From an uncultured Planctomycetota bacterium (GTDB lineage: Bacteria > Planctomycetota > Planctomycetia > Isosphaerales > Isosphaeraceae), in the NCBI GenBank assembly GCA_963823665.1, contig CAWGMQ010000008.1:1-64000 (forward strand): DNA of 64,000 bases, given 5' to 3'. Below the pieces are notes generated by a model. The model was not told where the DNA came from and searched no databases. It worked only from the letters and a program-made list of their open reading frames with translations. The translations under genes and the position numbers were made by a program. Below are positions 23,135-36,800 of the stretch, piece by piece. Each line of letters opens with the position of its first letter. Position 1 is the stretch's first letter.

Positions 23135-26100
23135 ATGAAGTACAACATCGCCAGGTGGCTCTCGCTGGGAATGAAACGGGTCGCCTCGTCCGAGATCGAG
23201 CGGAACGGATCTGGTAGAAAGCGCAGGCGCAATCGCTTTCACGTCGAGCTCCTGGAGCGGCGCCAGGTCCTTTCCATGATCACGTGGGCGGCATCGGGCG
23301 GCGGCGATTGGGACACGGCTACGAACTGGAGCCCACAACAGGTTCCCGGCTCAGGCGACGAAGCCATCATCAACTTGAGCTCCGCTGGAACCGTCTCGCT
23401 GAGCTCGAACAACTCCGACATGTTGTACAACGTGGTTACGAACAGCAAGACCACGCTCGCCATTGAAAACGGCTCCCTTACCCTGGCGCAGGCACGGGTA
23501 CAGGCGCCTCCACGCTCGGTGGGCCGGTCACCGTGGATGCGGGAGCTGCGCTGAACGTGGCGGCCGGCGCAAGCGTTACGATCGAAGCTGGCCAAACGGT
23601 CACGGACAACGGCACGCTGACCTTCGGCTCGAACGACTCAGTGTCGCTCCCGACCGCTGAGTACGACACCACCCAGATCGTGGTCGACGCCGGCGGCGTC
23701 CTGAACGCCACCTCCACCACATTCGTGAATCCCGGCCTCGCCTACGGTTCAATCAACCAGATCGTGGTCAACTCTGGTGGCACCATCTCCCCCACCGGCA
23801 GCACCTTCAACGTGCCGATCTTCGTACCCTACAACGACGTCTCCTCGCTGGCAGGCAACTACAGCTTCGACGACATCAACATCAACCCGGGCACGCTCAC
23901 GAGTGGCGAGGTCGACCTCAACCAGATCGGCACCGTCACGACGAACTTGCTCTACGTCTTTCCCAGCGGCTTCACGGTGGGCCCCGGAACGACACTGAAA
24001 GTCGCGGCCGGCGTCAATGTTCAGATCAGCGCAGCCCAGACGCTCACCGACAACGGCACGCTCACCTTCGGCTCCAACGACTCCGTGTCATTCCCGACCG
24101 CTCAATACGACACCACGCAGATCGTGGTCGACGCCGGCGGCGTCCTGAACGCCACCTCCACCACCTTCGTGAACCCCGGCCTCGCCTACGGTTCGATCAA
24201 CCAGATCGTGGTCAACTCAGGCGGTACGATCTCCCCCACCGGCAGCACCTTCAACGTGCCGATCTTCGTACCCTACAATGACGTCTCCTCCCTGGCCGGC
24301 AACTACAGCTTCGACGACATCAACATCGACCCGGGCACGCTCACGAGTGGCGAGGTCGACCTCAACCTGATCGGCACCGTCACGACGAACCTGCTCTACG
24401 TCTTCCCCAGCGGCTTCACGGTGGGCCCCGGAACGACACTGAAAGTCGCGGCTGGCGTCAATGTTCAGATCAGCGCAGACCAGACACTCACCGATAACGG
24501 GACGCTCACCTTCGGCTCCAACGACTCCGTGTCTTTCCCGACCGCTCAGTACGACACGACCCAGATCGTGGTCACGGGCGGCGGCGTCCTGAACGCCACC
24601 TCCACCACATTCGTGAACCCCGGCCTCGCCTACGGTTCGATCAACCAGATCGTGGTCAACTCAGGCGGCACCATCTCCCCCACCAGCAGCACCTTCAACG
24701 TGCCGATCTTCGTACCCTACAACGACGTGGCCGCCCTGGCCGGCAACTACAGCTTTGACGACATCAACATCATCGCCGGCACGCTCACCAGCGGCGAGGT
24801 CGACCTCAACCTGATCGGCACCGTCACGACGAACCTGCTCTACGTCTTCCCCGGCGGCTTCACGGTCGGCTCGGGAACGACACTGAAACTCGCCGCCGGC
24901 GTCAATGTTCAGATCAGCGCAGCCCAGACGCTCACCGATAACGGCACGCTCACCTTCGGCTCCAACGACTCCGTGTCTTTCCCGACCGCTCAGTACGACA
25001 CGACCCAGATCGTGGTCACGGCCGGCGGCGTCCTGAACGCCACCTCCACCACCTTCGTGAATCCCGGCCTCGCCTACGGTTCGATCAACCAGATCGTGGT
25101 CAACTCAGGCGGCACCATCTCGCCCACCGGCAGCACCTTCAACGTGCCGATCTTCGTGCCCTACAACGACGTGGCCTCCTTATCCGGCAACTACAGCTTC
25201 GACGACATCAACATCATCGCCGGCACGCTCACCAGCGGCGAGGTCGACCTCAACCTGATCGGCACCGTCACGACGAACCTGCTCTACGTCTTCCCCGGCG
25301 GCTTCACGGTCGGCTCGGGAACGACGCTGAAAGTCGCCGCCGGCGTCAACGTTCAGATCAGCGCAGCCCAGACGCTCACCGACAACGGCACGCTCACCTT
25401 CGGCTCCAACGACTCCGTGTCATTCCCGACCGCTCAATACGACACGACGCAGATCGTGGTCACGGCCGGCGGCGTCCTGAACGCCACTTCCACCACCTTC
25501 GTGAATCCCGGCCTCGCCTACGGTTCGATCAACCAGATCGTGGTCAACTCAGGCGGCACCATTTCCCCCACCGGCAGCACCTTCAACGTGCCGATCTTCG
25601 TACCCTACAACGACGTGGCCTCCTTATCCGGCAACTACAGCTTCGACGACATCAACATCAACCCGGCCACGCTCACGAGTGGCGAGGTCGACCTCAACCT
25701 GTTCGGCACCGTCACGACGAACCTGCTCTACGTCTTCCCCAGCGGCTTCACGGTCGGCTCGGGAACGACACTGAAAGTCGCGGCCGGCGTCAATGTTCAG
25801 ATCAGCGCAGCCCAGACGCTCACCGATAACGGGACGCTCACCTTCGGCTCCAACGACTCCGTGTCATTCCCGACCGCTCAATACGACACGACGCAGATCG
25901 TGGTCACGGCCGGCGGCGTCCTGAACGCCACATCCACCACCTTCGTGAACCCCGGCCTCGCCTACGATTCGACCAACCAGATCTCGGTCAACACAGGCGG
26001 CATCATCTCCCCCACCGGCAGCACGTTCAACGTGCCGATCTTCGTGCCCTACAACGACGTCTCCTCCTTGTCTGGCAACTACAGCTTCGACGACATCAAC

Positions 26101-29100
26101 ATCATCGCGGGCACGCTTTCCAGCGGCGAAGTCGACCTCAACCTGATCGGCACCGTCACGACGAACCTGCTCTACGTCTTCCCCGGCGGCTTCACGGTCG
26201 GCTCGGGAGCGACACTGAAAGTCGCGGGCGGCGTCAATGTTCAGATCAGCGCGGCCCAGACCCTCACCGATAACGGCACGCTCACCTTCGGCTCGCTGGA
26301 CTCGGTGTCATTCCCGACCGCTCAATACGACACGACGCAGATCGTGGTCACGGGCGGCGGCGTCCTGAACGCCACCTCCACCACATTCGTGAACCCCGGC
26401 CTCGCCTACGATTCGATCAACCAGATCGTGGTCAACTCAGGCGGCACCATCTCCCCCACCGGCAGCACCTTCAACGTGCCGATCTTCGTGCCCTACAACG
26501 ACGTGGCATCCTTATCCGGCAACTACAGCTTCGACGACGTCAACATCATCGCGGGCACGCTCTCCAGCGGCGAGGTCGACCTCAACCTGATCGGCACCGT
26601 CACGACGAACCTGCTCTACGTCTTCCCCAGCGGCTTCACCGTGGGCCCAGGAGCGCTGCTCAATGTCGCCGCCGGCGTCGATGTTCAGATCAGCGCAGCC
26701 CAGACGCTCACCGACAACGGGACGCTCACCTTTGGCTCGGGCGACACCGTGTCAATCCCGACCGCTCAATACGACACGACTCAGATCGTGGTCGACGCCG
26801 GTGGCGCCTTGAACGCCACCTCAACCGCCTTCGCGAACCCCGGCCTCGCCTACGGTTCGACCGAACAGATCGTGATCAATTCCGGCGGCAAGCTCGTCGT
26901 CACCGGCGGCACCGATGCCGTGCCCAGCCTGCTCCTCAACTCGGGCTCCAACGACACGCTCGGCGCAGTGGCCGTTACCGGCAAGATCACGATCAATAGC
27001 GCCGCGACCATCAACATCGCCGGCAACGATTTCTCGAACGTACCCTCCGAGGGCATCATCGCAGCCGGCAGTACCGCCATTATTATCGATCTGGAGTACA
27101 ACTACTGGGGTACGACAGTCGGATCGCAGATCGCGACCAAGCTCCTCGACAGCGCCAATAATACAAGTCTGCCCACCATCGACTACTCGAACCCTCTGAC
27201 CACCACCGAACCGTACAAATTCGTCGTCACAGGCTACCCGTCGCCAACCGCGGCCGGTGCGGCCGGCAACTTCACAGTGACCGTGGAGAGCTTGTACGGA
27301 GCCGTCGTCACCGGTTACACCGGCACCATCCAGTTCGAAAGCAGCGATGCTCTGGCCACTCCCGGCTCCGGCCTCCCGCTCGATTACACCTTCACCACGG
27401 GCACCGGCGCAGACAATGGCGTTCACACCTTCTCCGCCACGCTCAAAACCGCCGGCCCGCAGTCGATCATCGCCGAGGACACCACGACCAAGATCCTCGG
27501 CGTCGATTCCGGCATCGTCGTCACCCCCGGCGTCGCCACCAGCGTCGCCGTTTCGCAATTCCCGTCGCCGACAACGGCGGGCACGTCCCAGAGCTTCATC
27601 GTTTCGGCCCTCGACCAGTACGGCAATGTTGCCACCGGCTACACCGGCACGATTCATTTCACCAGCAGCGACTCATCCGTATCCGCCGGTAATGGTCTGC
27701 CCGCCGATTACACATTCACGACGGGTGCGGGCGACGACGACGGCGTACACACATTCAACGCCGCGCTCAACAAAGTGGGAACCCAGTCGATCACCGCGAC
27801 CGACACTTCCAACAGTTCCATTACGGGCACTCAGTCCGGCATCAAGGTCAACCCCGCGCCCGCCACCACCCTCGTGATCTCGGCGTATCCTTCGTCCACG
27901 ACCGCAGACGTCGGCCAAACCTTCACGGTCACTCTCTACGACCCAAAGGGGAACATCGCCACGGGCTACACCGGAACCGTCCACTTCACCAGCTCCGACA
28001 GCCTGTCGATTGCTGGAAACGGCCTGCCTGCTGACTACACCTTCACGAGCGGCATCGGTGACGACAACGGCAGCCACACCTTCACCGCAACGCTCAAGAC
28101 CGCCGGACCGCAGTCAATCTCGGCCACCGACACAGCCAACAGTGCCCTTCACGGCACCCAGTCCGGCATCCTCGTCAACCCCGCGGCCGCCAGCACCTTC
28201 GTCGTCTCGGCCTATCCTTCGCCAACCACTTCGGGCGTGGCCCAGGGCTTCACCGTCACGGCCAAAGACCCGTACGGCAACCTCGCCACCGGCTACACCG
28301 GCACCATCCACTTCACCAGCTCCGACACCAAGGTCACCGCTGGAAACGGCCTGCCCGCCAACTACACCTTCACCACCGGCTCGGGCGGCGATAACGGCGT
28401 TCACTCGTTCACCGCCACGCTTATAACAGCAGGAACGCAGTCGATCACGGCCACCGACTCCTTGAGCAGTTCCATCAGCGGCACCCAGACCGGCATCATC
28501 GTCAACCCCGCGGCCGCGAGCACCCTGGTGGTCTCCGCCTATCCTTCGCCGACCACGGCGGGCATCGCCCACAACTTCACCGTCACGGCCTACGACCCGA
28601 ACGGCAACGTTGCGACCGGCTACATTGGCACCATCCACTTCACCAGCTCCGACAGCCTGTCGACCACGGGAAATGGCCTCCCTGCCGACTACACGTTCAC
28701 CGGCTCCGGCGGCGACAAAGGCATTCACACCTTCACCGCCACGCTCAAATCGGTAGGAACGCAGTCGATCACGGCCACCGACTCCTTGAGCAGTTCCATC
28801 AGCGGCACCCAGTCCGGCATCATCGTCAACCCGGCAGTCGCCAGCACGCTGGTCGTTTCGGCCTATCCATCGCCGACGACCTCGGGTGCAGCCCATAGTT
28901 TCATCGTGAACATCTACGACTCGATCGGCAACATCGCCACCGGCTACACCGGCACCATCCACTTCACCAGCTCCGACACCAAGGTCACCGCTGGAAACGG
29001 CCTGCCGGTTAACTACACCTTCACCACCGGCTTGGGCGGCGACAACGGCACGCACACCTTCACCGCCACGCTCGCAACGGCCGGAACGCAGTCGATCACC

Positions 29101-32100
29101 GCCACCGACACAGCCAACAGCTCGATCAGCGGCACCCAGTCCGGCATCCTCGTCAACCCCGCAGCCGCCAGCACCTTGGTCGTTTCGGCCTATCCTTCGC
29201 CCACGACTTCGGGCGTGGCCCACAACCTCACCGTCACGGTCTACGACGCAAACGGCAACGTCGCCACCGGCTACACCGGCACCATCCACTTTACCAGCTC
29301 CGACACCAAGGTCACCGCTGGAAACGGCCTGCCCGCCAACTACACCTTCACCACCGGCTCGGGCGGCGATAACGGCGTGCATGTCTTCAGCGCAACGCTG
29401 AACACCGCGGGATCGCAGTCAATCACCGCCACGGACACGGCCAGCAGTCTCATCAGCGGCACCCAGTCCGGCATTGTCGTCACATCGACCATGGCCAGCA
29501 CCTTGGAGCTTTCAGGCTACCCGTCGCCAACACCCACGGGAGTCGCCCACAACTTCACGGTGACGGTCCTTGACGCAAACGGCAATGTCGCCACCGGCTA
29601 CACCGGCACGATCCACTTCACAAGCACCGACAGCCAGTCGACCGCTGGAACCGGCCTCCCTTCCAACTACACCTTCACGACCGGCTCCGGCGGCGACAAC
29701 GGCACGCATGTCTTCAGCGCCACGCTGCAAACGCCCGGCACTCAATCGATCACCGCCACCGACACCACAAACAGCGGCATCAGCGGAACGCAGTCGGGAA
29801 TCGTCGTCGTGCAGGCCGTGGCCAGCAAACTGATCATTTCCGGCTACGCGCCGACGACAACTGCAGGCCAGAGCCAGACCTTCACCGTGACGGCTGAAGA
29901 CTCGAATGGTAACGTCGCCACCGACTACAACGGCACCATCGCATTTACAAGCTCCGACGGCCAGATCTCTCCCGGAGACGGGCTGCCACTTGACTACACC
30001 TTCACAACCGGCCCCGGCGGCGACGACGGCGTGCATACCTTCACGGCAACACTGAAGACTGCCGGCCCGCAGTCGATCACCGCCACCGACACCCAGATCC
30101 CCGGCATTACCGGCACACAATCCGGCATCACCACCAATGCTGCGGGGGCGATCAGAATCGTCACGCGGCCCCCCGGCGGCGTCATCGCCGGTAAGCCCTT
30201 CACGGTCACTGCCTCCGCAGAAGACCCGTACAACAACGTCGACCCAACCTACTCGAGCGATGTCAGCATCGCGCAGGCGAGCGGGCCCGGAATGCTGACG
30301 GGTACTCTCACGATGCCCGCCACGAACGGCGTCGCGGTGTTCAACGATCTGGTCGACACCAAGACCGGCAACATCACCCTGAGCGCCACGAGCGGCTCAC
30401 TCGCGGGAAGTACTTCAACACCCATCCCGATCACCCCGTCGACTCCCTATCAGTTCGCCGTTACAACCAGCTTCGCTAGTTCGGACGTGGCCGGGACAAC
30501 CGGCACCGTCACGGTCACTGCCGAGGATCAGTACGGCAACCCGGAAAACGGCTCCAACCCGTATGTGGGCACCGTGAATCTGACAAGCACAGACAGCCGG
30601 ATCGCCGGGCTGCCATCGACTTACGCATTCCAGACCAGCGACGCCGGTACCCACATCTTCGAGAACGTCGTTCTCGAGACGGCCGGCAACCAGTCAATCA
30701 CCGCAACCGACTCGGCCTCGAGCACGATCACCGGCACGAGCCCGACCGTGACGGTCGTCCCCGGGGCGGTGCACGACTTTCTCGTGGCCACAGGCTTGTC
30801 CAGTCCGGATGTGGCCGGGACAGCGGGCACGGTCACCGTCACCGCGAAGGATCTCTACGGCAACACCGACGCATCCGGTCCCAACCAGTATCGGGGCACG
30901 GTGGACCTCTCGAGCACCGACGGCCAGGTCGCTGGCCTTCCGACGAACTACGCCTTCAGTGCCGGCGATGCTGGAATTCACATTTTCAACAACGTCGCCC
31001 TCGAGACCGCCGGCAGTCAGTCGTTCACGGCAACCGACGCGGGCTCGAGCACGATCACCGGCACAAGCCCTCAGGTGACCGTCGTTTCGGCGGCGGCGCA
31101 TGCCTTGGTCGTCACCACCACCTTTGCGAATCCCGACGTGGCTGGAACACCGGCCACGGTTACCGTCACCGCGATTGACGCATACGGAAATACTGCCGCC
31201 AGCGGCCTGTACCAATATCACGGCACCGTGGATCTGACGAGCACCGACGGCCTGGAGTCGGGGCTCCCATCGAGTTACAGGTTCGTCCCCGGCGACGCTG
31301 GATCGCACGTTTTCAATAGCGTCGTCCTCGAGTCCGAGGGCAGCCAGTCGATCACCGCAACTGACGACATTTCCAACACGATCACCGGCACCAGCCTGTC
31401 GGTGAACGTCATCCCCGCCGCGACGTATGACTTTATCGTCAGCACAACCTTCGCGAATTCAGACGTGGCCGGATCCGCGGGCAACGTCCAGGTGACCGCC
31501 GAAGACCAGTACGGCAACGTCGAAAACGGCCCCACCCCATACCTCGGCACGGTCGACCTGACCAGCACCGACGACCAGATCGCTGGTCTGCCGTCAACGT
31601 ACGCTTTCATGCCCACGGACGCCGGATCGCACGCCTTCAATAACGTCGCCTTCAAGACCGCCGGCAGCCAGTCGATCACGGCAACCGACTCGGCTTCCAG
31701 CGCAGTCACAGGCACAAGTCCATCGGTGAACGTCGTCCCCGCGGCGACGCATGCTTTCCTCGTCACCACCAGCTTCCCGAGTTCCGACGTGGCGGGCACA
31801 GCGGGCACCGTCACCATCACGGCCCAGGATCTCTACGGTAATACAACCGGCAGCGCGCCGAACTTGTACCAGGGCACCGTCGACCTGACCGGCACCGACG
31901 ACAAAATGGCAGGCCTGCCGTCGACTTACAAATTCCTCGCCGCCGACGATGGGTCGCACGTCTTCAATAACGTGGTCCTCAAAACCGCGGGCAGCCAGTC
32001 GATCACGGCAACCGACTCGGCTTCGAGCGCGATCACCGGGACAAGCCCGCAGGTGAACGTCGTCCCGGCAGCGGCGTACGACTTCATCGTCACCACCAGC

Positions 32101-33774
32101 TTCGTCAGTCCTGACGTGGCCGGGACATCGGGCACGGTCACCATCACCGCGCAGGATCTCTACGGCAACACCGTCAGTGATGGCCTCAACCAGTATAAGG
32201 GCACCGTGGACCTCACGAGCACCGATCCGCAGATCGCAGGCCTCCCCGCAACTTACGCGTTCGGCGTCGCCGACGACGGATTGCACGTTTTCAACAACGT
32301 CCTCCTTGAAACGGCCGGCAGCCAGTCGATCACGGCAACCGACTCGACTTCCAGTGCGATCAGAGGATCAAGCGCTCTGGTGAACGTCATCCCCGGCGCG
32401 ACGCACGACTTCCTCGTCACCTCCAATTTTGCCAACCCCGATGTGGCGGGGACGACCGGCACGGTCACCATCACGGCCAAGGATCTCTACGGTAATACAA
32501 CCGGCGGCCCGTCCAGCTTCTACCAGGGCACCGTGGACCTGACCGGCACCGATGCTCACATGGCCGGCCTGCCGTCTACTTATAAATTCCTTGCGGCCGA
32601 CGACGGTTCACACGTTTTCAATAATGTCGTCCTCGAGACAACCGGCAACCAGTCGATCACAGCGACTGACTCACTTTCCAGCACGATCACAGGGACAAGC
32701 CCATCGGTGAGCGTCGTCCCCGCGCCGGTGCACGACTTCCTCGTCACGACCAGCTTCGCGAACCCGGATGTCGCCGGCACCGTCGGAACCGTCACCGTCA
32801 CCGCCCAGGATCGTTACGGCAACACCGTCGGCAGCGGATTGAATATCTATCAAGGAACGGTCAATCTCTCGAGCACCGACGCCAAGCAAGTTGGCCTGCC
32901 GGCGAGCCACATTTTCACCTCGGCAGACGCAGGCAAATACACGTTTACCGGCGTTGAGCTCGAAACCGCCGACAGCCAGACAATCACCGCGACCGATGCG
33001 ATTTCGACCACGATCGCCGGAAGCGCCATCGTCGACGTCACCGCCGCAGCCGACTCGCAACTGTTCGTTTCGATGCCGCCACCGGACCCCATCATCGTCG
33101 GGCAGCCATTCTCAATCGCCGTCACCGCCGAGGATCAATTCGGCAACGTGGCGACAGGCTACAGCGGCTCGGTGACCATCTCGCTGCCCAACGAACCGGG
33201 TGTCTCGGGATCCATCCCGGCCAGGAATGGTGTGGCGACGTTCACCGGACTGACCGCTTCCACCGCCGGCCAGGGAAACTCAATCCAGATTTCGGCCCCC
33301 GGCCTCCCGAAGATCTCAACACCACCACTGCCCATCAACCCAGCCCCTGTTCCCCCGGCTCCAACAGTAGAGTTCGAACAAGTCTTGACCTCCCAGAAGA
33401 CAAACAGGAAAGGCAAGAAGATCGGCAAGCCCGTCGTCACCGGGTTTGAACTTGTCTTCAGCGAGGCCATGAGCCAGGCAACCACCGGTTCCATGAGCGG
33501 CTATAAGGTCGACAAGATCGTCACGAAGACAGTCAAGAGAATGAAGAAGAAATCGCTTGTGCCAGTCAGCTTAACCCCGAACTACAACCCGTCGAACAAC
33601 AGCGTGAGCTTCATGATCAGCGGCAAGAACCTCTTCAAGCTGGGAGGCCAGATCACCGTCGTCACCACGCCTCCGAACGCGGTCACCAGCTCTGCGGGCG
33701 TCGCGGTTAGCGGTACGACTGTCTTCTACATCCTACCCAACGCAAAGAACATCACGGCCGGTAGTGCATTGTAA
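23135..33774 (+). CDS. Giant surface/secreted paralog (~3546 aa after repairing one frameshift at ~23485)
   Basis: ORF 23135-23554 (RRRNRFHVELLERRQVLS leader, GGDWDTATNWSP) joins ORF 23533-33774 if one G is added at ccctggcgca. This gives SLTLGAGTGTGASTLGGPV, matching SLTLGAGPSTIGGPV in the paralog. Confidence 0.88.
23605..26900 (+). repeat. Seven complete plus one partial near-identical 444-bp (148-aa) tandem repeats
   Basis: DNGTLTFGS codons start at 23605, 24049, 24493, 24937, 25381, 25825, 26269 and 26713. Confidence 0.92.
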
Positions 33775-33805
33775 TAGCCGCGACAGCAGTTTGATCTCGC
33801 CGTCT

Positions 33806-36800
33806 TCATTTCCAGGTCTTCACCGGGCGGATGCCGCTGTAGACGCCACGGTACGATGGCAGCTCGCCGATGCGAATCGCCGCGCGGATGGTGTCCGGCG
33901 GGTCACTGAATGCCCCGCCTCGTTGGCCACGCAGACTGTTGCCGTCGACGACCTCAAATACCGTCACGATGTCGCTGAACGGTCCACGCTTTCCGCGCTC
34001 GGAGGGGAGGCTTCGGCCGTGACACCATTCATAAACGTTTCCTAGCACATCAAACAATCCCAGATCATTGGGGCGACGCTTGCCGCAGAGCCAGGCGTGT
34101 CCCTCGCCGTTGCGCTGATACATCGCGTATTTCTCGAGCAGTGCAATCGAGCTGCCGTAGTGACGGCTTGTGACCGCGCCCGCGCGGCAGGCGAATTCCC
34201 ATTCCGCCTCGGTCGGCAGTCGATAACCAGTGCGTTCCAGCACGTCGGCCGGGATCGACATCCCTTCGGCGTACGCACCCAGCTCGTTCGGGAGATAGCA
34301 CCACTGGTCTTTGGGCAATCGCTCTTGTTCGCTGAGCCAGTTGCAGTAGGCGGCGGCAGTGAACCAGTCCGAGGCGATGCAGGGTCCATTCGGGTCGGGA
34401 CTGTACTGGAGCAGCGTGCTGCGCCGAAGACTGAATTGATTGTTGCTCTTTACAAATCGGCCAAATTCCTCAACCGTCACCTCCTTCGTGGCGATGGCAA
34501 AGCTTCGCGGGATCAACATCCGACGCGGAAGCTCGAGATCGGCGTTTCGGTCCAACTCGCCGTCAGGCGAGCCCATCCGAAACTCGACGGGACCCTCGAT
34601 CCTGGTGAAAGTCTGCCCCTCTTTGTTGACGAACCAGCGCCGATTTCGGGCAACGTCGTTCCCACTCAAGTCGCGAGTGATCCCGTTCAGTTTGTCCGTT
34701 TGATTCCACTGCCGGAGCGTCCACTCGCATGCGCCATGGATGCCTGCATCCGGATCGTTACGGAAGAGCTGGAGTAAGGTCCGGATGATCCGTTCCCTCG
34801 GCTCCGCCGGCAGTGTGTCGACACCGAACGTCCCGAGGGCCAGAATGAGCGCCCGTCGTGTCGAAATGGCCGGGTGAAAGAGGATCTGCTCGGTGTTGCC
34901 GGAAGGGCGACGGGAGGTCTCATGTTCGGCTGGTCCGGCTCGAGCCGGAGTCTCCTTGAAGTGCGAATCAAACCGCTCGAATTCCGACGCGACAAGGTTC
35001 GGTGCACAACCGAACGAGCTCAACATGTCAACGATCATACTGCGAACCCGAGGGTCAGGGCTGTGCCCGAAGAGAGGCCAGACGGAATCAGTCAGATTCA
35101 GCTTCACCATGGTCACCGCAGCGCGGGCCTGGCGCTCGGCCACCGCTTGTTTTTCGGCATCCGAGACTCGAGCTCGGTGCCAGACCGAGATCGCGGCAAG
35201 GGATCGACCGGGTGTGGTCGGCGCAACCGACCACGCCACCGGGCGATAACCTTCGCTCGTGAGCTTCCTGCCGCGCCTGAGCTGCTCGGCCGGATCCAGA
35301 CCTTCCAGCACCTGTTCCTCCCACTCGAGCGCACTTGACCAGACGACAGCGTATCGGCGATCGACAACCGAAGCGCTCATGAGCGAGGTGAACGCCGCGT
35401 CGTCGCGAATCGGATCAAGCGCGGGGTCGACGTCCATCCGGCTGAACTCGACGTCGCGGTCCCGCACAGCCTCCTCGATCAATCGACAGGCACGGTCCAC
35501 AAGCCCGCGGCCTTGCACGTGAGCGCGACCCATCACCGGCGCAGAGGCCAAGGCGAAGGCACGGATCGACTCGTAACGGAGTTCGCTGTCCTTGGGCTCC
35601 TTGGAGAGTGCGCGATCGAGCTCGCCAATTGCCTCCTCGAGTCCCTCGCCCAGCTCGGCCGCGACAACAACCGCTAGACCGAGCTTCCAGGACAGAGGCG
35701 CGTACGCGCTCCTGAATCCAGCCAGATCGGCCAGCGCTTCGCTCTTCCTGCCCAGCCGTGCAAGAGCGATCGCGCGCCACCGCAACGCCTCCACGTCGTT
35801 CTTGTTCGTGCCGATCAGGTACTTGAGGTCTTCCAGTGCCTTGCCCGGTTCGCCTGCCCGCAAGTTGGCCATCGCCAGCGCCCGCCGTGCATCGAGGTTG
35901 CCCGGCTTGGTCTCGAGCGTTTTTTCCGCGGCTCTCAAGGCGGCCTGCACACGCGCACGAGTCGATTGCGGCTGGCCCACACCGCTTACCGTCGCGTCAG
36001 ACACGACCTGATCGCCTCGCGCTGTTCGCATGGCCGCCAGGTCGGGCTCGAATACGTTCACTGTCGTCTCCGACGGCGTCGAGCCGCCGGACTCCCGGCC
36101 CCAAACCCCGCAATACTTCACGCAACCGTCCGCGCATCGCATCGCTTGCAGCGAACGTGGATTCAGCTCGAGATCCTTGAGCTCGCCCTCCTTCGCAGCC
36201 CGCTCTTCCGCCGTGGCCCCGAAGCTGATGCTTACGTCGTCGCTCCCAGACGTTAGCGCCCACACTATAGCGTAACGCTCGGAGGCGATCCCCGCCCCCG
36301 CAGTCGCGACATAGCAGGCAACATCGACCGGTACGTACTTCTCCCCACGGTTTTTCTCATCGTGACGGAGAACATCCTCGGATGAAAGATCAGCATCGAG
36401 CCGCCATTCACGCCCGTCACGCGCCCAGACCGCGGCAACACGTACCATCGACAGATCGTTATACGGTCTGACACGCACAGGACGATAGCCGGATGCGCGG
36501 AGCCCTTCCGCCGTTTCGAGAAACTCGTTGAGTTTCATCGTCTGGCAAAAAGCGAACCGATCGTCCAGCAAGCCTGCCGCCGCGCCGATCCGGCTCACCA
36601 GTTGAGTAGCCGGCTTTGCCCATGCCGGGTCGACCACCGCGTCGTTCCTGGCCTCGGCCTTTCGGTCGAGCTCCGCCCGGAGAATCGGCTGGATCTTCTG
36701 CGATTGCTGCTCGGCCTGGCGAAAAAGGCTTGTGTAAGCGAGGGGATCGGCGCCCAGCAGTAACTCGGCCAGAACCGCCGGGTCGTCGTGCGCATAGTCA

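Noticed and set aside
33806..34630. FGE (C-type-lectin-like fold) C-terminus as a diversity-generating retroelement target
   Set aside because: No reverse transcriptase gene and no second copy of the 3' region (template repeat) was seen in the window.
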